Shown here: in pieces, positions 51,077 to 62,658 of the stretch | Layout of the letters: each line of letters begins with the position of its first letter | Position numbering within the stretch: position 1 is the stretch's first letter | NCBI GenBank assembly: GCA_022813865.1 | Contig: JALDZX010000041.1 | Coordinates: 62,001 to 126,000, forward strand | From: Xylographa opegraphella | Lineage: Eukaryota | Length of the DNA: 64,000 nucleotides | Direction of reading: 5' to 3' | Position numbers and translations under genes: made by a program | The notes under the pieces: model-generated | Seen by the model: only the letters and a program-made list of their open reading frames with translations | Databases searched by the model: none | Told to the model about the DNA's origin: nothing

Positions 51077-53622
51077 ATGGAATCGGCGGTACCCCCAAGC
51101 TACGAAGAAGCAACGACTCGGGACTATTGGACGATTATTGCCCAGTATATCAGAAGCCCTGACTTGTGTTCAGCTTCGCTGGTGTCGAAGAGGTGGCACG
51201 CCATATTCGCTCCTTGTCTGTGGGGCAACCCAGCGTCGCATTTTGGCACGGAGAACGATCGGGTATATGGTAAGCCGACCTTCCACCGCGCAAGACGGAC
51301 ACACCGAGTGCTCACCATCACGCCCAAGTTGCACTCACGCGTTTCAAGCGGACTCTGCCACGAGTGCGACTGGCGGTCCGTCAACTGACACATACTCTGC
51401 ATCTGCCACCGGCGCAATCGGAGATCTATGATGGGCCCCACCCCGAATGGCTTCGAGACGTTCTCGAACAACTTCCGCATCTACAGTCCCTGATCGTGTC
51501 TCAATTACCCTTCTTCGACCATGCGGCGTTATCCGTCTTACGCCAGCAAAGTGTCGAGAGGTCGTCGGCCGAGGATTTCCCAATCTTCCTTCTCAGACTA
51601 CTCATCGCCACGCGATGCAACAATACCACCTCGGCCAGCCTGGCCGAAGCTTTCCTGCATTGGCCGAACCTCGTCTTCCTCGATCTGTCCGATACGGTGG
51701 CTGCACGAGACAACGCAGTGCTCTCGAGCCTCCACTTTATGAACGCGCTTCAGATCCTAAAGCTCCGGAACATTCAGTTGAGGGATGAGAACATTGAAGT
51801 CCTTGCGGATGCGATCGGCCTTCGGGTGCGAAGCCTTGATATAAGAGACAACAAAGTCACCGACACGAGCGTCAGGATCCTGCTGAACAAGTGTGTGCAC
51901 ACCACCAGAGACATCCAGGCTCTGCAGAGCCGCACGAGTAGAGGTCTCAACGGGGCGGGTGAGGAGGATTGGCCATCGGGAGTGGCACGGCCGGACTTTC
52001 ATCTACTGAATGAATTTCGCGGCGAAGATATCGACGAACGCTTTCTCAGACGCCTGACGCAAGGAGTCGTTGATCGACTTCCTAGCGAAGATCTCCCGAG
52101 TACGGGCCTGACTCATCTTTACATTGCGAACAATTTCATCACGGTAGAAGGAGTCGCCAGTCTCGTGCGATCTCGGAATCTGCACCTGCTGGATGCTGGA
52201 ACTGCCGATACTGTCAAAGCGCTTGGGGTGCCACGGACGAGGAGCTCTTTCTCCCAGCCACCTGGCTACTCGATGGGTTTACCGGGCGCCGAAAAGCTGG
52301 CACCTGTTCTCGAACGCTTTGCGTCCAAGAATCTGACATATCTACGTTTGCACCACGCAGTCGTCACAGAGACGGCCCTTTACAAGGACGATGTCTTGCT
52401 CCCAACCGAACTCCCGGCAGACAACGCTGTAACGGCAGAGTTGGATAGTGCGGAGAGCAGTCGGTACGAGCTGGACGGAGAGGCGCCGGTGTACGAGCTC
52501 GCCGCGTCGGGAGTGGCCACGCCACGGTACGAGCTACCGGGCGATTCAATGCATGTTCTGGTATCTCCAGCCATTGGGGATCCTCCGGTGCCGAATTTCG
52601 AGGAACTAGCCATATCCGGAATGCGCCGAGGACCCAGTTTTGCTCCGGAAGTACTGGAAGGGCCGGAATTTGCTGAGAGGGAGGAAGAGCCTGTCGTCCT
52701 CACTGCAACCGGTTTGGGCAATCTGGCTCAGGCTGTGAATGGTATCGGTGGCCGGGGCACAGGCGATGGTGGAGAATCACTGTCCACAGAACCGCTTACG
52801 AATTGTGGGGATTCCGGTGACGGAGGATACATGGCCGCTCGCATTGCCGCCATCGAACAACAGAGGCGCGACCTACGAGCCCACAGCTCCGAGAACCCGC
52901 AAGGCCTCTATCCTGGCGCTCTGCCCGCGCTGCGCACTCTGGTGCTCACGGACGTGCCGTGCGTGGATAGGAAGCAGCACGTCGTCACCAGCCTGAAGCG
53001 GTTCATCGCCGACTGCGCCACCGAGCACAGGCTCGCGACCATCCAAGCCTCGCTCGAACAGCCCCGCCTCTATGTGCCGGGCAAACCCCGCTCCGCCCAC
53101 CTGCAGCACCGCACGCGCGAGCTATTCGCGCTGAGGCGCCTCGTTCTCGAAATGGCGCCCCCCGTGCCGGGAGCAGTGGCCACCACCACGAGCTCGTCCT
53201 CCGGCGTCGACACGCCCACCTCGCCGCGCACGCCCACGCCGCAGCGCACCTGGTCCCTCAACCGCTCCTCCACCGAGGACGCCGACACGGAAGCCTTCTG
53301 GGCCGCGCAGGCGCACGACTTCTCCTTCTTCGGCGACGAGGAGTGTGGCCTGCCCGCCGCCGAGCCGGGCTTGCGTCTGCCCATGTCGGAGGAGAAGATG
53401 GTCCCCGCCCCGCTGCAGCAGCGGCCCGAGCGGGCCGATCCCGAGGGTGGGTTTGATGTCGTGCGCGTGTTGGCGCAGTGGAGGAGGGAGAGGAAGGGGG
53501 TTTTTGAGGGTGGGGGGAGGGGCGGGGGGAGGTTTGTGGATGGGTATTGGCCGGGGGAGGTTAGGGTCGTGAGGAGGGAGGGGGGGAGGAAGGGCGGGGG
53601 GCTGGTAGGGGGGTTGTCGTGA
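51077..53622 (+). CDS. F-box-like / leucine-rich-repeat protein, 1 intron ~51270-51328
   Basis: DLCSASLVSKRWHAIFAPCLW (F-box-like); LRR units LVFLDLS, LQILKL, VRSLDI, LTHLYI. Confidence 0.75.
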
Positions 53623-53916
53623 GATTGAATGGGCGTGTATAGGCAAGGGGAGGGGGGATTGAGCCAGGACCTCCAATAATGGCCACGGGCCCTACGTCGC
53701 TCATGTGCGATGCGGATTCCGACGGCGGACGCTCATGAGCACTAGGTTACCACCACCGTCTCTGCTTGCTGGTTCTGTGGTCCGGTCCTGAGCGCTCTCC
53801 CGCCCTTTGGCGAAGGGTGCGGTCTCAACTAGCTGCTCTTCGCGCTCGGCCGTTGCAGCAACGACTCGATGCGAGAGCCGTCTGGCTGGGGTATATCTCG
53901 AGCGCCGTTTTTTGGG

Positions 53917-53935
53917 AGAGAGAGAGAGAGAGAGG
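53917..53935. repeat. (GA)n microsatellite
   Basis: Read directly from the sequence. Confidence 0.9.
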
Positions 53936-54674
53936 GAGGGTACTTGTCAGCTTCAAGTTACCTGGAAGGAGGGACTGGTGGATAGATCGCTCGTGCGTGC
54001 TGGCGCGCTTGCTGGTGGTTGAGATGGTTGAGAATAGGGTGAGTGGTTTGATGGGCTTGGTGGGTTGGTGGGACGGAGGGAGTGGGAGAATGGTTGTGGC
54101 GAGCTTGGGGGGAGATGTAGTAACTTAGGAGTTGGGATTGAGGGTGAGATGCACTGCCTTAAGATTACTGATCAAATTATATCATAGCATTACGGCTGCG
54201 ATCTGGGTCGTCTACCTTATGTGAATATCTGTTGATAGACCACTCCACTCGCAACGGCTCAGGCGCACGAGACGAGTTTATCTCGAGATACCTTTTCCTG
54301 TCTTCTCGTCTGGATGATAAACTGGTGGTTTTGGCTTGTTCGTTGATTTATTCTTTTGGCTTGGCTCGGGGGGGTTTGGTATCGAACGTGTCTATGATGG
54401 TGTGATATACGAAGTATGAGATACAGTATTCTATACGGAGGGTTTGAGCGGGGCGGGTTTTGTCTGGAGGTGTCATTATATTTTATGGGGTATTTGGGTA
54501 TTTGGTTGTTTGCTTATTTGTCACTTTCGATCGATTTGCTCGGGTGTTGTTGAGCCACGAGGGGGGTTAAGAGAGGGAGGGGTGGATGGTGTGGGTTTGA
54601 CGGTGTATAGGTTTGGGATTTGTTGGGATTTGTTGGGATTTGGAGTCGGGGTGAGTGGGGTGGGGTGGGGATGG

Positions 54675-55010
54675 GTGATTGAGGGTTGTTGATTATTGGG
54701 GGTTATTGAGTTATTGAGGGTTGCTGGTTATTGAGGGTTATTCGTTATTGAGAGTTATAAATTATTGAGGGTTTGAGTTATTGAGGTTATTCGTTATTGA
54801 GGGTTTGAGCTATTGAGGGTTATTAATGATTACTTATTAAAGGTTATTGATTATTGAGGGTTTAAATTATTGAGGGTTAGTAATTATTAAGGGTTATTGG
54901 CTACCGAGGGTTATGAGTTATTGACGATTACTGAATATTAAGGGTTTGGGTATTGAGCGTTATTGGTTATTAAGGGTTGTTGACTATTGAGGGTTATTGG
55001 TTATTGAGTG
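54675..55010 (+). repeat. Degenerate G/T-rich minisatellite built from TTATTGAGGG / GGGTTATT units (telomere-like)
   Basis: Many imperfect copies of ttattgaggg; nearly C-free on the + strand; one gagggttag. Confidence 0.85.
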
Positions 55011-55632
55011 TTGTCGCTCTATTGGAACTCGCTTATTAGGGCTCCGGATCCGATCCGATCCGATCAAGAAGTTCGCGACTACTACCGCGAACGAGCTTGT
55101 CTGGGAGTCTGGGACGGGGTGTGGTGATGTTCTCTACACACATGGCCGACCGGCGCACGCCATGTTGTTTGCATGGTGGTCGTTGGTGCTCCTTACTCTC
55201 ATCTTCAATATCTCACAGCATCATCGGGTGAGAGGGTACCGGAAGCACTGATTATGAAGCCGTGGCCGGTGAGGGACTTTGACTCTGAAGTAGCCGTCAT
55301 GGTGGTACTTGATACGGGGAGAATTTAAGCGCTGGGGTACACGTTTTGCTTAGGATGTGGGGGTATGGGTTGGGTGGTCGTGTTGATATCCTGACTGGAG
55401 GGTTGAGTGCATTTCCAGCTCTCCTCCGCAGGTAGTCGTGAGTGGTCGAGTGCCTGTTGTTGGTATGGTGCAGAGTTGAGCATGTTGAGCACCACGAGTG
55501 GCATCCAGGACTGATATCAAACGGAATAGACGTGTCGTTGGATTCCAGGCTACGTCTCTCACACCTCCCATCGACCAAATCTCGCTATCTATCGCCCATC
55601 CCTTCGCGCAACACCCACTAAACCACACCGCC

Positions 55633-57413
55633 TCACCACCCCTCCGCCGACGGCACCAACCCTGCGAAATACGCCCGCAGCGCCGGATCGCACACGTACA
55701 CAAACGTGCCCCGCACCCCCCTCGTCAGCAGCACGGCATACACGTTCCGCACGAAACGCAACAGGTCCTCGTCGCCGTACTTCCGCCCCAGCCGCGGATT
55801 ATTCTCCTTGCCCTTCTTATCGAAGTAGGACCCCCTGGCGACGAAGAGCCGGCCGGCGGCGGCGTCGTAGCGAAGGTCTGGGCCGACAATCACGCCCGCG
55901 TAGTTGAGGTCGTAGCCCTGCACCGTGTGCACGGAGCCGACCTCCTCGAGCGAGCCGCGCGAGGCGATCCAGTCCGTCTGCGTGTTGTTCCACCGCAGGC
56001 GCGCGTCGTCGATGGCGATGTCGATGGCGCTCTTGTCCTGCTTCGTGAGCCACGGCCACGCGTAGCCGGCCACCAGCCGCGCCAGCCCGTGCTGTGCGTC
56101 CTGCCGCCGGATCTCGGCGTGCATGTCCGCCACGCGCGCGAACAGCCGGAAGTTGTAGCCGGGGAAGTGCTGGCGGGCTGCTGCTGCACCGCCCTCTGCG
56201 CCGAGCAGTATCCGCCGGATGTAGCCGACGTAGTCCGAGCCTGCGTGGACGCGCATCTGGGAGGTGAGGCGGTGGTGGCGGCTCTGGGCGGTGGCGGTGG
56301 CGACCAGGTGGTCGAGAAGCTCGGAGGGGACGTCGGCGGGACGGATGCTCTGGGCGGGGTCGAGGAGGAAGATCTGGTGTTTGCTCTTGGCGGCGATCCA
56401 GTCGAGCTGGGTTTTCGTTAGGTCGTCCGCCCCGAAGAGCGCTTGGGTGATGAGCTCGAATTTCTTGTTCTGCGCCGCCGACGGCTGGTTAGCGCGCTGG
56501 TTGAGCCGGTGCGCCTCGTCGACGACGAGGACGTCGAACGCCTCGGCGCTCTCGCCCACCTCGAATGGCGACAGCACCATTCCGCGTGGAGGCCGGGCGT
56601 CTTCTGGAATACCTTCGTGATCGACTTCCGCAGCGACTGCTGAGGCACCACGAGCCCCAAGCGCGTCCGGGCCAAGGCCTCTCGGTTGGCGTCGGTGAAG
56701 AAGGCGGAGAACATGGAGTCGCGGTCCATGTCGTCCGGGGAAGCCTTCGTGGCGATGTCCACGAGTAGTTTGAGCATGTAGATCGCCACGACCGTCTTCC
56801 CGGTCCCGGGGTCCCCTTGAACGACAATCGTGCTTCGCCGGTCGGCTTCGACGTCGGCGAAAAGACCACGGAGGATATCCTCGACGGCGATGGCCTGATC
56901 TGGCGTCAACGCCTTGAACGGCGACAGTTTAAACAAGTCGCTGTTCTCGATCTGCGGGACCGTGCGCGTGAAGAGCTTGTCCTCCTTCAGCCGCTCGAAA
57001 ACCTCCCTGAAGGCCCCTTGATACGCTGCGCGATCGTAATACTCCGCCTCGGTGACACCGTCGTTGCGGTTCAGCACCTTGTAGACGCCGTCCCCGGCCA
57101 GCATGCGGATGAGATAGGCCTCGAGGTCGAGGCAGACGGACTTGTTGAACGTGTGCCCGACCACCACGCGCACGGTGCGGAGATGCTTCTTCTCCTCGGC
57201 CGCGAGATGGCGGCGTATGCGCGCTGCCGCGTTCACCGTTTCGCCCACATAGACGTCGCGGGCGAGGGCGTCCTTTCGCTGCGAGGGCAGCTCGCGGCCG
57301 TCGCCGTCGAGGATGTAGACGACCGGCCAGTTCGCGTGGCGGGGATCGAGCAGCATCCAGGTGTTGACGGCATCGTGCTCGAAGGGGAGCCGCTCGATAC
57401 GGAAGAGCGCCAT
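55633..57413 (-). CDS. Bacterial-type GIY-YIG nuclease fused to DUF2075 (Schlafen group 3-like) helicase, ~593 aa; intronless; single-base frameshift at ~56581
   Basis: WPVVYIL...VYVGETVNAAARIRRH, FNKSVCLDLE, VLNRNDG; Walker A GDPGTGKT; Walker B VLVVDEAHRL; LTSQMRV; EVGSVHTVQGYDLNYAGV; NVYAVLLTRG. Adding one A to gcggaatg gives GLHAE-MVLSPFEVG. Confidence 0.85.
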
Positions 57414-57910
57414 GCTGCATGCATGACAGCCAGTTCTTCAATGCGTTCAGGTCGGTGATCAAGCTTCCTGAGAACGTTTCTCGAGTTGAGAAACCCCGAT
57501 GCCGTATCTACTCGGTCTTCACGTCCAAAGTCTTGAGTCCTGGAGCTTAAAGGACTCATCGCTCGTGGACAAAGTGCTTCAATCCAGAGGTACTTGTCTA
57601 GCTCGACATGACTGCGCCCGGAAAGCGCGGCGCAGCAGTGTGTGTCTGGAGCCTACCTTAGCACTGCGTTCTGAGGATCGCCCATAGCATGAGCTCTTCC
57701 GTTCAGAGCATTCAAAATGGGATGAAACATTTCAATTCAAACCATGATAGGTGGACCTGGAATGCTGGAGACATAGAATCATTAAAAATCTGTCTAAATC
57801 CATCTAAAGCCCGGATCCGCTCGGATGCGCGAACCGCAAAGCCGTGAGCGAAGGATCTCTAGATACTGTTTCAACTTCATACAGACCTCCAAATTAACCA
57901 TCTTTCCCAT

Positions 57911-58879
57911 CTACATGACAACACAAGCCACCGCTCCCACCAGGGCACTCGCAACGCCACTGATGACTCCCCCAAACGCCTGTTTGGCCACCGCCCCCAC
58001 GAGCGCCTTGACGAACCGCTTCCCCCTCGTCGCCCTCGGCACCTCATGCTCCACCTGCTGCGTCGTGAGCGCCCGACAGCTGATGCCGTGGTCCGCCAGC
58101 GCCGCTTCCAGCTTGGGCCGGTACGCCAGCGGCACCTGGAACACGGCCGTGTTGTCAGCCAGCAGCAGGAAGAACTCGCCCACGCGAAAGGGGTTCAGGG
58201 CCAGGAACTGTGCGCGCGTGGGTGGGTGAGCTCTACGTATCGGACCGAGGGGAATTCCTTCGGCATGGGGATAGGAAGATCACCTACCTCGATGTCGCCG
58301 TGGCGCAGGTCGCTCATGATCTCGTCCAGGGCGTCGTAGTTGCCGCGCAGGTCATACCAGAACTTCCCGTCCGTCTGCAGCACGAAGCACGCGTCGTCGA
58401 CGCCCACGCACGCGACTTCGATCCGCGATCGTCCCTGCACGAGGTCGAAGGCACCGGACGGATAGCATTCTGCCAGCCGTCGAACGTCGACCACGCGACG
58501 TAGTGCCCGTTCTGCCCGAAGGCCACCCGGCACTTTGTCTCCCCTTCATCGAGGAGTTCCGAGCAAAGCATCTCGGACTCGGTCTTCATGGTGCTGTTGA
58601 TCCCTTCGGATGAAAAAGTCAGTCGGAGACGTCGTAAAACACACGACGCACAGCTGGAACGGACTCACACGACCACCTCTGGCCATTTGCATCCTCGTAT
58701 ACGAGGAATATCTCCCCGCCCGCGTGATCGTTCATCGCCAAACACCGGATCTGACCAATCTTGTCGTCCCCGATCGCATCCCAGACGGCGTCGGGGATGC
58801 CAGAACTGCAGCGACCGTTAACCCCGCGACCTCGATGCCCTCGGAAAGGGCGCGTACCATTTGTAGGACTGCGGGCCAT
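57911..58879 (-). CDS. Hypothetical fungal protein ending in a CaaX box (CVVM); introns 58604-58668 and 58208-58287; one frameshift ~58455-58480
   Basis: Canonical introns join the ORFs in frame; repeated beta-rich units (VAFGQNGHYVAW, ACVGVDDACFV, LALNPFRVGEFF); terminal ACVVM-stop. Confidence 0.6.
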
Positions 58880-59814
58880 CGAAGATGAACGCCCTGTTGG
58901 GCCCAAAGGCGAAGTAGATATCTCGCATCTCGAAGTCAATTGACGTGGAAAGCGAGACACAGGCAGAGATGACCTTCCCTCTGGTGCTGGTGGGAGATCG
59001 TGCACGCTTGCGTTATTATCTCGAAGAAAGTGGAAGCACGACCTCCTCTCCATGTTCGAAGCCACACAGCCGCGCGAGGCAGTCAATCAGGCCGATTCGT
59101 ATCATTATTGCCCCACTGGAGGCCAAGTACCTTACATAGCAAGTTAGTCAGTACCTAGGCACAGTAATCAGGACCAAATGCAGCCAGCACAGGCAACAGC
59201 TCGGCCTAAACCGTGTCCGGCATGCTGGTAGATTTCAAGTAACAGCACTTCAGCCTCGTACTGGCTGTTGGCAACTCGCGGATCCCCAATGCTAGCTACC
59301 AAAGCTGATCAATGAGACCCATACAGAACCCGAGCTGTGATCAATTCCCCCCCGTTTCATGATGCCCAGAACTAAAGTCTGCATAGCTAGAACAATCGCT
59401 GAGATTTGATTTCACGATACTGCGTTCCTCGGAAGTGATAGAGCAAAGGGTTAGCGCGAGGGGATCACCCGCTAAAATGTACAGCCTGATGGCCATCATG
59501 GACGGCGGCAAGCGATACAACAATGACGGCCCCAGATGCGAATCCGGTCCTGAATAACAAGACCTAGGTAGTCCGTAATTACGAAAAGGATATTCAATCC
59601 CTACTACGAGTAACGTGGTACGTAGCAGGTCACAGTGACAGAAACTAGAAGCGCAAAGGATTTGAATCGCCGGCCGAGCGCGCTTCCACGCTGAACCGCA
59701 CAACCGCTCTTCTGCATTACGTTCTGTGAAGGGAGAGGAAGAGACACCGGGGGAGAAACGGAAACGCCACGCTATGCTCTGGCCCCTTTCATAATAGGGT
59801 ATCGAACCATTCCC

Positions 59815-61304
59815 TCACGCGCCCTCGCTGCCGAACTCCGCCGTCCACTCCTCGCTTCGCTTGATATCTTCCTGACTGACCGTCGGCCGCGCCCCCTTGA
59901 CGGCCTTGATAAAGTCCTTGAGATTCAGTGGCGGCTCGAGAAGCTTGTCGGAGTCCACCTCCGTCCACGTCATCTCCATCGCCCCAGCGTCGCCCGGAGA
60001 GCACGGCGTCAGCTTTTCGACCCCATCTACCTTAACCTGCATAAGGGACTTAGCGAGCGGACCACGCACGGCCTCGCGGACAGGACATACCTTTTTGTAA
60101 TGCGTGGCGGTTTGGATCTTACGCACCGGCTGCATCAGCGCGTCTTGCACCGCGATGCTGATATCACTTCCTGAATACCCTTCGCTGATCTGGCCTAGCG
60201 TCTTGAAGTCGGTGGGCTTCAGATCGCACGGAGTCGTCCCGACCGACATTTCGAACATTCGCATCCGGCCGGGGAGATCGGGCAAGCTGATGTGGACTCT
60301 TCGCTGAAAACGTCTTCGGATAGCTGCGTCCAGTTGCCAAGGGATGTTCGTGGCTCCTAGTATCAGGACCCCCTTGGAGTCGCGGCCCACACCATCCATT
60401 TGCACAAGCAGCTCTGTCTTGATGCGACGTGAGGCTTCCGACTCACCCTCTCCTCGAGGACCGCAGAGAGCATCTATTTCGTCGATGAATATGATGGACG
60501 GTTTGTTCTCACGAGCCATGTTGAACAGTTGCTTGACCAATCTGTGCAATTGTTGTCAGCTCCGTACCGCTCGAGTAAAGTAGAAATCATGAATGATACC
60601 TTTCACTCTCACCCATCCACTTGGAAACCAAGTCACTACTGCTGACGCTGAAGAATGTACTGTTTGCTTCGGTAGCCACCGCTTTCGCTAGATATGATTT
60701 ACCAGTACCAGGGGGACCGTAAAGCAGTATGCCCTTCCACGGCTGGCGCTTTCCAACGAACAGATGCGGAAACTTGATCGGTAATATAACGGCCTCCTTC
60801 AACGCCTCTTTCGCTGCTTCAAGACCAGCTACATCTTCCCATTTGATGTTAGGCTTGTCGGTCAATATAGCCCCAGCCAGGGCGCCTCGAAGTTTCTTCG
60901 CTTCCGGGTCCTGCTCGTCATCGTCTTCATCATTCCTAGCAAATATGAGCCTTCGTTCCACAAAAGCATCAAGGATCCGCTGAAGCCCGCGCGAGAACTC
61001 ACTTCCCCTTCCCACTCCCATTAGCGACTTTGCCATTCGAACCCACAGCAGCTGGCTTCCTCTTCGACTTATCCCCCTCCGCCAAGTGGTTCTTCAGCTT
61101 CTCCGCCCTCTCCATATACTCCCCCGCCTTCGCCCGTATCATCTCCTTCGACTTGGCATTCTTCTCCCATTTGATGGCGAGCATGAATAGCTCCAGCGCT
61201 TGATAGTAGAGCTGATATGCCTTCTCATAGTCCCCGCTGGTGTCATTCTCGATGGCCTTCTTCACAACTTCAATAGCTCGTCCTAAGAAGTCGGTGTTGC
61301 TCAT
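59815..61304 (-). CDS. vps4: Vacuolar protein sorting AAA-ATPase Vps4, 3 introns
   Basis: MIT domain [56 protein letters not shown]. Confidence 0.97.
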
Positions 61305-61840
61305 GCTGCAGGCTGGAATGGTCGAACCTGGGTGCTGGGCAGTCAAGCACGAGCAGAAGCTTCAAGGAAGTCGCGGTAGTCTCGGAGTGAAACCTGCAAT
61401 GCAAGAACTTCGTATATCTAGTAGGTCGACTTTCCTTGTAGGGGCTTGGAGTGACTAATCACAGGGCCTCGAACGCACAGATTATATAAAGCCGTAAACA
61501 GAAAGTCGTTGGTCCTCGTTTGCAGCTTAAGGGTCAAAGCCCGTTGTCTCTTGCCTGATGAGAAACTCTCTCACTGGATCTCAGAGCAACGTGATCAAAA
61601 TGTCGATAACACAGACAATGTAGGTAGGTAGACGGTGATATGTTTCCGATGATAAACAAGGCGCTTGTGTATGAATCCAGCTGGACCTAGATACCTCATC
61701 GCGGGATCTCCCCACCAAAATCCCCCCTGTTACTAGGTCGTAGTTAAGGTAGACTAGGATAGTCTACAACAACTAGCCCAATTCTAATCAATCTCACATA
61801 CGTAGTAGTACCATCCCGACGTCCGCACAACAGCAACAGC

Positions 61841-62455
61841 ATGGCCGACGAGCAAAAGCAGCTCCAAGCCCTCTCCGACGAGTACCAAAAGCTACAAACC
61901 GGTAACCCCCTTAGCCCACCCTGCCCACAAACCAGCCCGCTAACACCCCCCCCCGGCAGACCTGCAAACCAACATCGACGCGCGACAGAAGCTCGAGTCG
62001 CAGCAGCAGGAGAACAAGGGCGTGCAGCAGGTACACACATCCCCCTCAAACACCAACGGAGATCTCCCTCGCTGACAAAGGAGGGAACTCGTAGGAGTTT
62101 GCACAGCTGGCCGAGGACGCGAACATCTACAAGCTCATCGGGCCGGTGCTCCTCAAGCAAGACCGGGCGGAGGCCGTGCTAGCGGTGGACGGGCGGCTGG
62201 AGTTTATTGAGAAAGAGATGTAATTTGACCCCTTTTTGGTGGGAGCGTGGGAAGAGAGAAGGCACTGATCTGATGTTTTTTTGTTTCAGCCAGCGCGTGG
62301 AAAAGCAGATAGCGGATATTCAGAGTGAGAGTGAGAAGACGCGGATGGCGGTAAGTGCCCCACCCCCGTTAGGAACGGAGGCTTATTGCTAAGTATATTA
62401 GGTCTATCAATTGCAGACGAAGATGCAGCAGCAGCAGGGAGAGCCTGTTGCTTGA
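61841..62455 (+). CDS. pfd6: Prefoldin subunit 6 (Yke2/Gim1), 4 introns
   Basis: ARQKLESQQQENKGVQQEF, IYKLIGPVLLKQD, VDGRLEFIEKE. Confidence 0.9.
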
Positions 62456-62658
62456 GCACACGTCTACAGATGTGTAGTCCATGGGCCACTACCGCCATCA
62501 GTCCATCCATTGAGGAGTTCTGCATACCGAGCTGAACACAGTCTTGAGAAGCTAGGACGACGTCTCTGTCTTTCTATGGAGCCATCACCCTCTAGACCGC
62601 AAGCTACTCTAGTTTAAGAATACAGAAGCCCGATTCAAATGTACAACGAATGGACTCC

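Noticed and set aside
57414..57560. Remnant of a bacterial operon partner upstream of the DUF2075 gene
   Set aside because: Translations show no recognisable motif and no ribosome-binding site.
54675..59100. Starship or other transposon carrying the foreign gene
   Set aside because: No tyrosine recombinase/transposase ORF, terminal inverted repeats or target-site duplication could be identified.
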